Shown here one piece after another: positions 48,496-57,794 of a DNA stretch of 64,000 nucleotides (position 1 is the stretch's first letter; each line of letters opens with the position of its first letter). The stretch is from Ignavibacteriota bacterium (GTDB lineage: Bacteria > Bacteroidota > Ignavibacteria > Palsa-1295). The stretch lies in NCBI GenBank assembly GCA_963787835.1, contig CAWBEI010000002.1, forward strand, positions 1,696,001-1,760,000, given 5' to 3'. Below the pieces are notes generated by a model. It had not been told where the DNA came from, did no database searches, and saw only the letters and a program-made list of their open reading frames with translations. The position numbers and the translations under genes are program-made.

Positions 48496-49500
48496 CTATG
48501 GTCTGATATCAATTGAAATTAAAATCCCGCTAATGAATTGTCCGGATCGAACGCTCGATGCCTCGGTAAAACCGGCTTCCAAAGAGCCATTAATAGGATA
48601 GAACTCAGAAACTTGGGCGGCTATCCCAATCCGGCTAGTACTACTACTTGGGGAGAGCGTTAATGTTGCAGGATTAAGATAGATTGTGGAGGAAAATAGA
48701 TAAGCCGGCCCTAATTCCGCTCTGCAGACTAGCGGTCCAACGGAGAAATTCGCGCCAGCCAAGAGGGCTATTGCTTGATCGTTCTCATTAAACAACAGCG
48801 AGGAGGCCGCGGAATGATGAGCCTGAATATCGTGCCATTCGCGTTCTCCACTCGCGTTTGAAAAAGATAATCCGATGGACTCCCAGCCACCTTGGATTCC
48901 TATTTCTGCATTTTCTCCTAACATCCGGATGTGCGAAAAATCAGCTCCGGTGGAAAACGTTGAAAACCACTCCATGCCTGAAAGTGGAGTTTGGTAGGTT
49001 TGCAGTGGTTCCCGATAATTATCCCGCATTGAAGCATGATAGGTGAGAGCAGCATGGCCCAATTTGGGGGCAGGGGTTAAGATCGTGGTTATATCGGTGT
49101 TATCGGGAGTCTTTATGCCCGAAGACGAGACAGAGGGAAGAATATTATAATGAGCCGGTCGAGTTCGTATAGATGCATCGCGCAAATAATGATCTGCACG
49201 CATACCGTTGCCAGAACTCGTTGCAATGCTTTCTGTGTGTTCACCACCAAAAGTCGAGATGTTCCGATTCAGATCATTACTTCGAAACCCGGAAACATTG
49301 AGACTGATCGCTGTCAAGACGCCGATGGCCAGGAACTCGCCGATCAGACTTCGGATCTGGCTCCATAATGTAAAATTGGCAGTAGCATGACCAAGGACAT
49401 AGGATTTGATCGCCTCCGTCGAGAGGGGTGATCGAAGCTCGCGAAGTGGATCCAGGAGATCGGATTCGGCCGAATGATATGGTCGAAATGAAAATCTCAT
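48496..49500 (-). CDS. Hypothetical protein coupled to ECF sigma (candidate anti-sigma with C-terminal beta-strand domain)
   Basis: ATGA overlap with the sigma gene; short N-domain, TM segment, S/T/P-rich linker, amphipathic strands. Confidence 0.5.
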   Translation of the reverse strand: MRFSFRPYHSAESDLLDPLRELRSPLSTEAIKSYVLGHATANFTLWSQIRSLIGEFLAIGVLTAISLNVSGFRSNDLNRNISTFGGEHTESIATSSGNGMRADHYLRDASIRTRPAHYNILPSVSSSGIKTPDNTDITTILTPAPKLGHAALTYHASMRDNYREPLQTYQTPLSGMEWFSTFSTGADFSHIRMLGENAEIGIQGGWESIGLSFSNASGEREWHDIQAHHSAASSLLFNENDQAIALLAGANFSVGPLVCRAELGPAYLFSSTIYLNPATLTLSPSSSTSRIGIAAQVSEFYPINGSLEAGFTEASSVRSGQFISGILISIDIRP

Positions 49501-50060
49501 AGCTCTTGAAGTCGAATAGCAGATGGGTGGAAAGAATTTTTATTGATACCTCTCGAAGCCGCTAAAGATTCTTTCCAATCTGGGGAATCACTCGCAAGCA
49601 TCTGCTTCAATTTGACGCGTGCTCGGCTAATCCTTGATTTAACACCGGAGACAGTTCCACCCTGAATTTGCTGGATCTCTTTAATTGATAGATCGCTAAG
49701 TTCGAATAAGACAAGAGCTTCGCGTTCTCGGGCTGGCAAACGGTCGAGTGCGGCTACAAGCTGATCGAGGTCGTAAGAGGATTCCGCAGACATTTCATAA
49801 CTGGCCTCTGCAGCATCATCCATGGACACGAACAACCGGGAGCGCCATCGTTTGCGCCGTTGAATGCGAACGGCAATAGTGCTCAGAAACCACCGGAATG
49901 CGGCTTTATCGCGTAGAGAGGGAAAGCTTTTGTATCCTGCGAGTATGGTATCGCTCATCAGGTCATGTGCTTCATCATAGGACCGCGTAAGCGCACGGCA
50001 TAGCCGCCACGTAGCGTGCCGTTCCTTTTCTATAAGCTCCCAGAATGAACCGTCTTCCAC
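49497..50060 (-). CDS. ECF RNA polymerase sigma factor
   Basis: AHDLMSDT, FRWFLSTIA, LDRLP..REALVL and GVKSRISRAR. Confidence 0.88.
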   Translation of the reverse strand: MEDGSFWELIEKERHATWRLCRALTRSYDEAHDLMSDTILAGYKSFPSLRDKAAFRWFLSTIAVRIQRRKRWRSRLFVSMDDAAEASYEMSAESSYDLDQLVAALDRLPAREREALVLFELSDLSIKEIQQIQGGTVSGVKSRISRARVKLKQMLASDSPDWKESLAASRGINKNSFHPSAIRLQEL

Positions 50061-50299
50061 TTTGACTTAGTTATCTAAACGATTTCCGATAGAATTAAGT
50101 GACCCGAAGCGAAGAGAAGTTTCACGAAAAAAATGTGAGGCTGAAGTTGGATGAAAATTAATTTCTTCTCTTACTGGGCGATCAAAATCGACTGGGGTAA
50201 AATTTGTCCCTATCGCACGAATAGCACATTGCCGCCGTTTTACAATTCGAATGAATAATCAGCCCTAACCAAACAATTTTATTAGATAGTCATTTCAAC

Positions 50300-52666
50300 T
50301 TGGTGATTCAAAAATTTATATTCATATTTCTTTTTATACTGGGGATATCATCGGCTGAAGCCCAAATTCCCAGTGGTAGTATTTTCTGGGTTCGGGCCGA
50401 TTCAGGTGTCGAGATTTCTGCTAACAAAGTTACTGTATGGCATGACCAAAGTGGCTTAGCCAACGATGCTACTCAGCAGGACTCAACCCAACGTCCGACC
50501 CTGCTTACCAATGGAATAAATGGACTTCCATGCATTCACTTTGATGGTAGCAGTTATTTCAATGCTCCTCCCTTTTTCCCATGCAACCATGATTATTCCG
50601 TCTCAGGTGTAATACGTCTATCGGACACTACTGTTGTCAATAATGTGCTTTCAGGTAATACTCACGCGATCTGGTTCAGTGGTTCTTGCTACCTTCGAGT
50701 ACTTCATGCCGTTTTCCCACTTGTTGCAGTGGCATCGGAGCCGGTACATCCGCAAGGGTCATGCTTTACAATCATTTACAATGCAGCGTTGAGTATGGTA
50801 CGAATATACATCGATGGCCGAATGAGCGATTCTCTATGGATAACTGCAAATTCGGATTCGACAGTTTATGTCGGAGCATTTCTGGGAGGATACAACATGC
50901 ATGGTGACATATCCGAACTCTTTGTTTACAATCGCCAACTTACTCCGCCAGAAGAAGCAGCAACGGATCTCTACCTGGAGACAAAATATGGGCTCACTCA
51001 GCGGCCTCCTCCGCAGCCGCCCGATACAACCTTCACCGACATTCCAGTTCACGGCAAGTTTTTTCCTCGTAATACTCTGGATTCCGCTGACTTCTTGATC
51101 GCCGGCACCTTACGAACACCTGGGTTCGACTCTATGTTTGTAGAAACAGATCGGAATGGGATTATATTGACTCGTCACACATCTCCGCTAATTTATTTCG
51201 ATGGTGGCGCACCATTCACATTCCCGTGTTCAATCCATGCGGAACTTAGTGAGTACACTCTCCGAGTCGGGGCTGTGCGGAATGGGGTGGACTCGATTCT
51301 CGCAACGCGCGACAGCCTTGTTTGTGGGGATGCTTTTCTGGTCAGCGGCCAATCCAACGCGTTCGTTGGGTTCCAAGTACAGGACAGCCTAAACGAATTT
51401 TGCCGCACCTTCGGAGAAGATATCGATCAAAACGTCGGAGACACACAGTGGAGCCTGGCTAAATCGCTTTGGCCGGGTGATTATAATATTGTTTGCGCCT
51501 GGAGCTATCAGCTTGCCCACTGTATAAACGACTCGCTTCATCTCCCAGTTTGCATTATTGACGGCGCCTCGCCTGGTGGAACTATCGAAGAGCACTTACC
51601 CAATAATTCCAATCATCTCGATATGGGTTCGTACTACGGGAGGATGCTTTACAGAACGGAGAAAGCTGGCCTTCAACATTCAATCAGGGCGATCTTTTGG
51701 GACCAGGGTGAATGGAATACAGACACAAATTACTACAACAACTTTACCGCGCTTCGGGCCGCCTGGCTGGAAGACTATCCTTCAACCGAAAAAATCTATG
51801 TCACGCAGATCCGGCCCAATGGGTGCGGCGATTACAGCGATCAACGGCCGCTCAAAGAGTTGCAGCGGCATTTCCAGGATTTGTTTCCTAACCTTGTCTG
51901 CTATGCCAGCGCAGCATTACCTCTGCATGACGGGTGCCATCTTGGCGACTCTGGCTACCGAGTTTGGGGATCCCAAATGTACAAGCTATTCGCTCGCGAC
52001 TTATACCATGGAACCGATACTATTGATATAGCGAGTCCAAGCGTTAGTTCGGCTTTTTATACGACGCCGGCTCATGATGAAATCGAGTTGCTCTTTAGTC
52101 CTCCTGATATAGAGTTGGCGATCACGCCAGACACCGTAATATTCGGAAGTCTCAGAAAAATGATAGATTTTTTATATCTCGACGGTGCAAGTGGGTCGGT
52201 ACAATCCATTCGCACGGAAGGTAATGCTATGTTTCTATCGGTGAGCAATCCTTCTGCTCAAACTCTGACGTATTTGCCAGACAGGTATTACCCTGACAGC
52301 AGTGGAATATATGAAGGACCATGGATAGTGAACGGGCGCGGAGTGGGAGCATTTATTTGGTATGGTCTTCCAATTTCCAATCAGCCACCATCGGCAGTAA
52401 AGACCTATGAAGTTGCAATGAATGATGTGGAAATCACCCCAAATCCTACATCAGGTGAGTTTTCGATTGATGCCAGCCAATATACCGGGCCTATCGAAGC
52501 GACGCTTATATCCGAAACCGGCGTGGAAGTCTGGCACAAGTCGATACCGGCGGATCATCCCAATGTGCTCTCGTTCGATATGACCCAGGAATGTTCGGGA
52601 TGCTATCTGCTGCGTTTATCGGATGGCATCCAGAGCCACGCATGGAAATTTATTCTCCAAAAGTAA
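50300..52666 (+). CDS. LamG-like + SGNH sialate O-acetylesterase (SASA/DUF303) + T9SS CTD
   Basis: WVRAD..WHDQSG LamG start; GQSN, WDQGE and DGCH catalytic motifs; TPNP..SGCYLLRL CTD. Confidence 0.85.
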   Translation: MVIQKFIFIFLFILGISSAEAQIPSGSIFWVRADSGVEISANKVTVWHDQSGLANDATQQDSTQRPTLLTNGINGLPCIHFDGSSYFNAPPFFPCNHDYSVSGVIRLSDTTVVNNVLSGNTHAIWFSGSCYLRVLHAVFPLVAVASEPVHPQGSCFTIIYNAALSMVRIYIDGRMSDSLWITANSDSTVYVGAFLGGYNMHGDISELFVYNRQLTPPEEAATDLYLETKYGLTQRPPPQPPDTTFTDIPVHGKFFPRNTLDSADFLIAGTLRTPGFDSMFVETDRNGIILTRHTSPLIYFDGGAPFTFPCSIHAELSEYTLRVGAVRNGVDSILATRDSLVCGDAFLVSGQSNAFVGFQVQDSLNEFCRTFGEDIDQNVGDTQWSLAKSLWPGDYNIVCAWSYQLAHCINDSLHLPVCIIDGASPGGTIEEHLPNNSNHLDMGSYYGRMLYRTEKAGLQHSIRAIFWDQGEWNTDTNYYNNFTALRAAWLEDYPSTEKIYVTQIRPNGCGDYSDQRPLKELQRHFQDLFPNLVCYASAALPLHDGCHLGDSGYRVWGSQMYKLFARDLYHGTDTIDIASPSVSSAFYTTPAHDEIELLFSPPDIELAITPDTVIFGSLRKMIDFLYLDGASGSVQSIRTEGNAMFLSVSNPSAQTLTYLPDRYYPDSSGIYEGPWIVNGRGVGAFIWYGLPISNQPPSAVKTYEVAMNDVEITPNPTSGEFSIDASQYTGPIEATLISETGVEVWHKSIPADHPNVLSFDMTQECSGCYLLRLSDGIQSHAWKFILQK

Positions 52667-52685
52667 GAGCGCAATTTTTATTAGA

Positions 52686-55058
52686 ATGACATCACTAATG
52701 CGTTTAATACAACGTTTTTTTTTCGTTTTGGCTGTTGTTGCATTTGTGGCAATAATTTTTTCGCCCGTTTGTTTTGCCCAAACAGCTCCCGAAGGCCCGA
52801 TCCTCTGGCTTCAAGCAGATAAGGGTATCGTTCAGCAAAACGGACATGTCGCCGTATGGCAGGACCAGAGCGGCAAAGGCAGCGACGCACGAATGGACGA
52901 TACCGGAATGAGACCCGACCTGATAACCGATTCCGGACACCCTGCGGTCCTATTCCGAGGATCGAATTACCTACAATGTCCTCCGATATTCCCTGCCAAT
53001 GCCGATTACACGATCGCAGTTGTCGCAAAGATCAATAATGTTAACAATACCAATAACCTCGTTTCTGGGAATGTTCACGCATTATATTTTGCAAATGATT
53101 CATTCCCTCGCGTTGTGCATTCTTGGTTCCAGCATCAGGAAGTTTCTCCGATCCCGGTATGGCGGAACGGTTTTTCCGCGATCACTGCATCCTACGATCA
53201 AGATTACGAACAGGCCACGCTTTTTGTCAACGGGCAATTCGCTGATTCATCCTGGGTGCTTTCAACGTCGGATAGCATCCTCTATATTGGCTCTTATTTA
53301 AGTAGTTATTTCCTCCAAGGTGAAATTGAAGAAGTGCTACTGTACAATAGGCAGTTGAATCCCGAGGAGTTGTCATCGCTACATGCTTATCTTATGGGCC
53401 GATACGGTATCTCTCAATCGCCTCCCGCTCCAAAACCAGACAGCACTTTTACGGCTATACCAGAGGAGTTTCAGCTATTCCCGAGAGGAGATGATGATTC
53501 GGCAACGGTTCCGATCAATGGGGCGATCTATCGTCAAAACTTCGATTCAATTTATGTGCTGCAATTTAAGAACGATACTTTAATCCATAGAATGACTCAG
53601 AGCCTCACTTATGATAATGGACGAGCCAGCTTTGCATTCTTTCCGCGTATTCACGCCGAACAGAGTGAGTATCGCTTCGAAGTTCATCTTGTTACCGGGG
53701 AATTGGATTCCCTGATCGCACAACGAGATAGTATTGCTTCCGGCAACATGTTCCTAATGGATGGACAAGGCTTCGCCTATTCCGGATTTGTTGTCGATAC
53801 ATTCAGGAACCAGTACTGTCGAACGTTTGGGCAACAAGCAAGCGAAAATGTGAGCGACACGTTCTGGTCGGAGTCCAACGACGATGTTGGTGGTGCAGAT
53901 CAGCGAATTCAGCAGGATCTACTTAGTTTCTCTCGCGTGGCTTCGTGCACCGTCAATGAGGCCTTGGGAGGAACCGATATTGAGGATCATTTTCGTAACG
54001 ATTCCGATAAATACGACCTGCGTACGATTTATGTCCGCACATTGTATCGAACTACAAAATCCGGTATGCTTGGAGCAGTAAAGGTCATGTTCTGGCTGCA
54101 AGGAAATGCTAACTACGCACCAGGATATTACCAGAAGTTCCTCAAACTTTATACCAGTTGGAAAGAAGATTATCCTAATCTAAAAAAAGTTTACTTACTA
54201 CAGAACCGTCCCAATAATTGCTATTTCGGGAACATCGACATGAGGGATGTTCAGCGAGTAATGGAAGATTCCATTCCCAGCGTCGAGCCAGTTTCTGCCG
54301 CTGCAATTCCATACAATGATGGATGCCACTATTATGACGATGGGTATCGAGCCTTAGGGGATCGATTCTATCAAGAGTTTGCTCGCGATTTCTATGGCGC
54401 GACCGATACGATGAACTTGCGGAGTGCGAATGCACTTGGTGCATGGTATTCAAAACCCGATCATACCCAAATTGCAATTCTCTACTCGCCCAACGACGTT
54501 CAACTGCATGTGACTGACGATACAACGATTGATGGAGTTACAGCTACCTTGAAAGATTACCTTAGTCCAGACGATACGACAACGCATGTTCAATCGATCG
54601 CCTTTGATGATGATACAATGTTTTTAAATCTCGATAACCCTTCTGTGGCACAATCGATCGATATGCTTCCCGATCAATATGATCTTGGGAGCGATTCCGT
54701 AGTGTATCAAGGTCCTTGGGTTGTTAACAGCCGCGGCATTGCTGCACTTCTCTGGTATCATCTACCCATATCCACTGAACCTCTTTCGGTAACCAGCCAG
54801 CCTGGTTCAATTCCCAATGCCGAAGTCATTCCCAATCCTGCTTCGAACGTGATTTCGATCGATGCCTCGGAGCTTTCCGGTCCGATCGAGGCCACCCTTG
54901 TGGCTGAGACCGGCGCGATTGTTTGGCAAAAGAACGTACCTTCCGATCATTCGTCGTCCATTGAATTCGATCTCAGCGACCAGAGTTCGGGATGTTATTT
55001 CCTGCGGCTGAGCAATGGCCGTTCAACGTTGGAACGTAAATTTATCTTGCAACACTGA
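52686..55058 (+). CDS. Tandem paralog of the preceding gene with a degenerate catalytic motif
   Basis: Same architecture; GQGF replaces GQSN and WLQGN replaces WDQGE; DGCH retained; start set at ATG 52686. Confidence 0.82.
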   Translation: MTSLMRLIQRFFFVLAVVAFVAIIFSPVCFAQTAPEGPILWLQADKGIVQQNGHVAVWQDQSGKGSDARMDDTGMRPDLITDSGHPAVLFRGSNYLQCPPIFPANADYTIAVVAKINNVNNTNNLVSGNVHALYFANDSFPRVVHSWFQHQEVSPIPVWRNGFSAITASYDQDYEQATLFVNGQFADSSWVLSTSDSILYIGSYLSSYFLQGEIEEVLLYNRQLNPEELSSLHAYLMGRYGISQSPPAPKPDSTFTAIPEEFQLFPRGDDDSATVPINGAIYRQNFDSIYVLQFKNDTLIHRMTQSLTYDNGRASFAFFPRIHAEQSEYRFEVHLVTGELDSLIAQRDSIASGNMFLMDGQGFAYSGFVVDTFRNQYCRTFGQQASENVSDTFWSESNDDVGGADQRIQQDLLSFSRVASCTVNEALGGTDIEDHFRNDSDKYDLRTIYVRTLYRTTKSGMLGAVKVMFWLQGNANYAPGYYQKFLKLYTSWKEDYPNLKKVYLLQNRPNNCYFGNIDMRDVQRVMEDSIPSVEPVSAAAIPYNDGCHYYDDGYRALGDRFYQEFARDFYGATDTMNLRSANALGAWYSKPDHTQIAILYSPNDVQLHVTDDTTIDGVTATLKDYLSPDDTTTHVQSIAFDDDTMFLNLDNPSVAQSIDMLPDQYDLGSDSVVYQGPWVVNSRGIAALLWYHLPISTEPLSVTSQPGSIPNAEVIPNPASNVISIDASELSGPIEATLVAETGAIVWQKNVPSDHSSSIEFDLSDQSSGCYFLRLSNGRSTLERKFILQH

Positions 55059-55075
55059 TCTGATTCGTTCGGAAG

Positions 55076-55675
55076 TTATTGCAATCTGACGGCGTCTTCT
55101 TTGAGAAGCAATAATGGATGGTCGAAATTCGGGTGATGCACGGTGTAGAATGCACGGTGATCTGCAAAGATATTTAGTTCATCGCCAACACTAGCAGAAG
55201 CAACTACGGAATCCTGTGTGGAATCGACATATAATAAGGCAAATCGTTCGACCAAAACACGTCCAATGAGAGGTTGCGCCAGATGAAAATACTTGGTTGC
55301 CTCGCCGGGTGCTCGTTGCGTTTGAATAAAAGTGGTATCAATTCCGCTGCCGTGGACATGCAGTCGTGCACTGAGCAGTTGCCGTGCTTCTGGAATGTAA
55401 ATGCGCGCAACACCCGAATCATTAACATTGAGTTTCGAAGGCGAGTTGGTAAGGTTGCAGCTAAGACAGTCAACCGTTATTCCGGGGAGCGCTGGATGCC
55501 CGAAAGGTGAGGAGGTTTGATACACGCGGACCTTAATGGAATCACTTACCCATTCATGGGCACCGATATGATACACGTCCGGGTTCCCGCTGCTACCACA
55601 TCCGAAGAGTAACAATGTTGGTGGAAGCAGCGCATGTAAAAAAAATCCTTTAATGGACCTACTTTGTGTTCTCAC
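55076..55675 (-). CDS. Hypothetical lipoprotein
   Basis: Lipobox LFGC; CLSC motif; possible SH3b-like C-terminus; 3 bp from the upstream stop. Confidence 0.6.
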   Translation of the reverse strand: MRTQSRSIKGFFLHALLPPTLLLFGCGSSGNPDVYHIGAHEWVSDSIKVRVYQTSSPFGHPALPGITVDCLSCNLTNSPSKLNVNDSGVARIYIPEARQLLSARLHVHGSGIDTTFIQTQRAPGEATKYFHLAQPLIGRVLVERFALLYVDSTQDSVVASASVGDELNIFADHRAFYTVHHPNFDHPLLLLKEDAVRLQ

Positions 55676-55678
55676 GTT

Positions 55679-57719
55679 CTATTGCACGGGTTTTTGCAAC
55701 TCCACGAATACCGTCCGAGAGAGAAATCGTCCTTCTGGAAGCCTGTTATCGACAAGATCGAACTGACCTTCTCCCTGACTCTGGAACGAAATGGATGCCA
55801 CTGTGTCTCCAAGGGTTTGTCGCAACGCGGATTCTACTGCTTTTGCCCGCGCCTGAGATAGTTCGAGATTATGGGAGCTTTCTCCAGTGATGTCGGTGTA
55901 GCCACGAATGACGATTCGTGTTCCAGGTGTAACGGAGGAAGCGATCTCCGAAATGACACGTAGCGACCGGTCGCCGAGATCGGATCTGTCGAAACTAAAG
56001 GTGATAAGATTATAATGCTCGATGATCTTATCCTTCGTTCGCTCTTCACGTTTTTTTCGTATGGTGATGAGATTTACTTTCGTGGTATCGGATGCATCCA
56101 TTTGTCCACCGATCGAGTCGGTGAGGTGTAGCGTTGCAACGATGGATGAATCAGTACGTGGAAGATCGTCCGGCAACGGATGCCATTGTTCCATCGGGGC
56201 GGGGCCACGATAAGATGTAAGAATACGGTTCCCCTGACTTAGGGTTAGTGTATTTTCTGCCAGTGTTATCCGTGAGGATTCCGTGCTACGCATACGAATC
56301 GTCGGAGGATTCATCGTCCGGTCGACAGTTTCGATGGAAAGCGGATCTAATAAACTCGGGTCGCTCGAAGTGATCTCGACACGGCGATTCTCTTCCGAGC
56401 CATCTTTTGTTGTAACAGTGGACGGACTGGCGGGTAGCCCCTCGGATGCAACCGTGATACGAGAGGAGTCGATCTGCCATACACTTTGGAGATACTGTTG
56501 AACGCTCTTCGCTCTCTGGAGCGCAAGCGAGCTATCCTTTGCTTCCTTTGGAGATTGGGAATTTGTTCCTGTGAGTGTAATCGTAATTCCCGGATTCTCC
56601 GAGAGACGTTTTCCCACGATATTCAGCTCCTCGTGGTAGATCTCGATCGTGCTTTTCCCTGCAAGCGAATCGATTTGGAACGCTTTTCCAGCAGTGCTGG
56701 AGTCCAGGAGGTGATAACGGGAAGGGATTGTAGCGCCGCCGTCGTCAAAGAAGATATAATTTAGCGCTGGATATGCTTCGTGCCGTTCGAATTCTTCGAC
56801 GCGAATAGTCGGATCGGGTATTTCGTGCTCGATGCCAATTGAATCCGTGGTCACGCCGGAAATCCTTACACTCGCAGTCATTTCGCTTTTTGGTGCCGGC
56901 GGCGGGGGAGGCGGGGGTGGGGGTTGTACAATCTGCATCTTCGGTTCTGGAGCGACGTCGAACTTTAATTCTACTCCAAGTGCGATAGTGGTGACATGCC
57001 AATTATAATCGGTTCGAATGCTATTGATCGGGATGGAAACCATCAATTCAGGAGCAAGCACCACTTTTTGTGACAGTGGAACATCGATCGAAGCACCAAG
57101 CGTGAATGAAGCCAAAATGCTGCTGCTGTTTTGGATTAGACCTGTCGAGTTGTTGGTGCCACTGTTCAAGACTGGCTGTGATTGAGTTCCATTATTGTAA
57201 AAGGCGTTAGGTGGGTTTGTAATAACTTCGCTTAAAGTTGCATCTCGGCGCAATAGATAACTCAGAACTCGGCCCTCCCATGAGAAAGAGGCTTGGGGTC
57301 AGAGGATATTTTAAAAATAGGTCTGCGCCAAGCGAAAGAAGGGTCGAGTTTAATTTATATTCTTGCGAGACGGTAACGAGCGAACTATCGGTAGGATTAC
57401 GAGCCTGCGCTTGATCCGTTGCAGGCGTGGTAATGAGGGCGCTTAGCCCCGAAAGATGTAGTCTGGGTGTTATCCAAAATGAATGAGCAGGATCTCCGAG
57501 CGGTGTCTCGAATAACAGCGACCCACTCGGTAATACACTGGATCCACTCGTGAACACACCGCAAAGCGTATCACCCCGGTAAACGGGAAGATTTAGGCTA
57601 TGCAAGTTCAGGCCAACAGCCAGCCCACCACCAACGTAGATGGGACGTTGTTGCGCGCGAACAACCGGTTGCGCAATCATGAGAAAGAGCGCAAGTGCGC
57701 CCACGGCCTTTTTGAGCAT
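55679..57719 (-). pseudogene. OmpA-family protein (N-terminal barrel, poly-Pro hinge, two OmpA-like domains; ~679 aa if repaired), split by a +1 frameshift at ~57266
   Basis: Removing one T from CCGAGTTCTG gives MGGPSLSYLLRRD and joins ORFs 57207-57719 and 55679-57253; ENRRVEI and GYTD..NLELSQARA motifs. May be a sequencing error. Confidence 0.78.
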
Positions 57720-57794
57720 TAATAGAGTAACGCAAGTCTCAGCCGTTTTGTCCTACTCATCGTATTTATCAGATGTCGTGAGACTATCAGAGCG

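Noticed and set aside
55440-55480. CLSC in the lipoprotein as a heme site
   Set aside because: It is followed by Asn rather than His; more likely a disulfide
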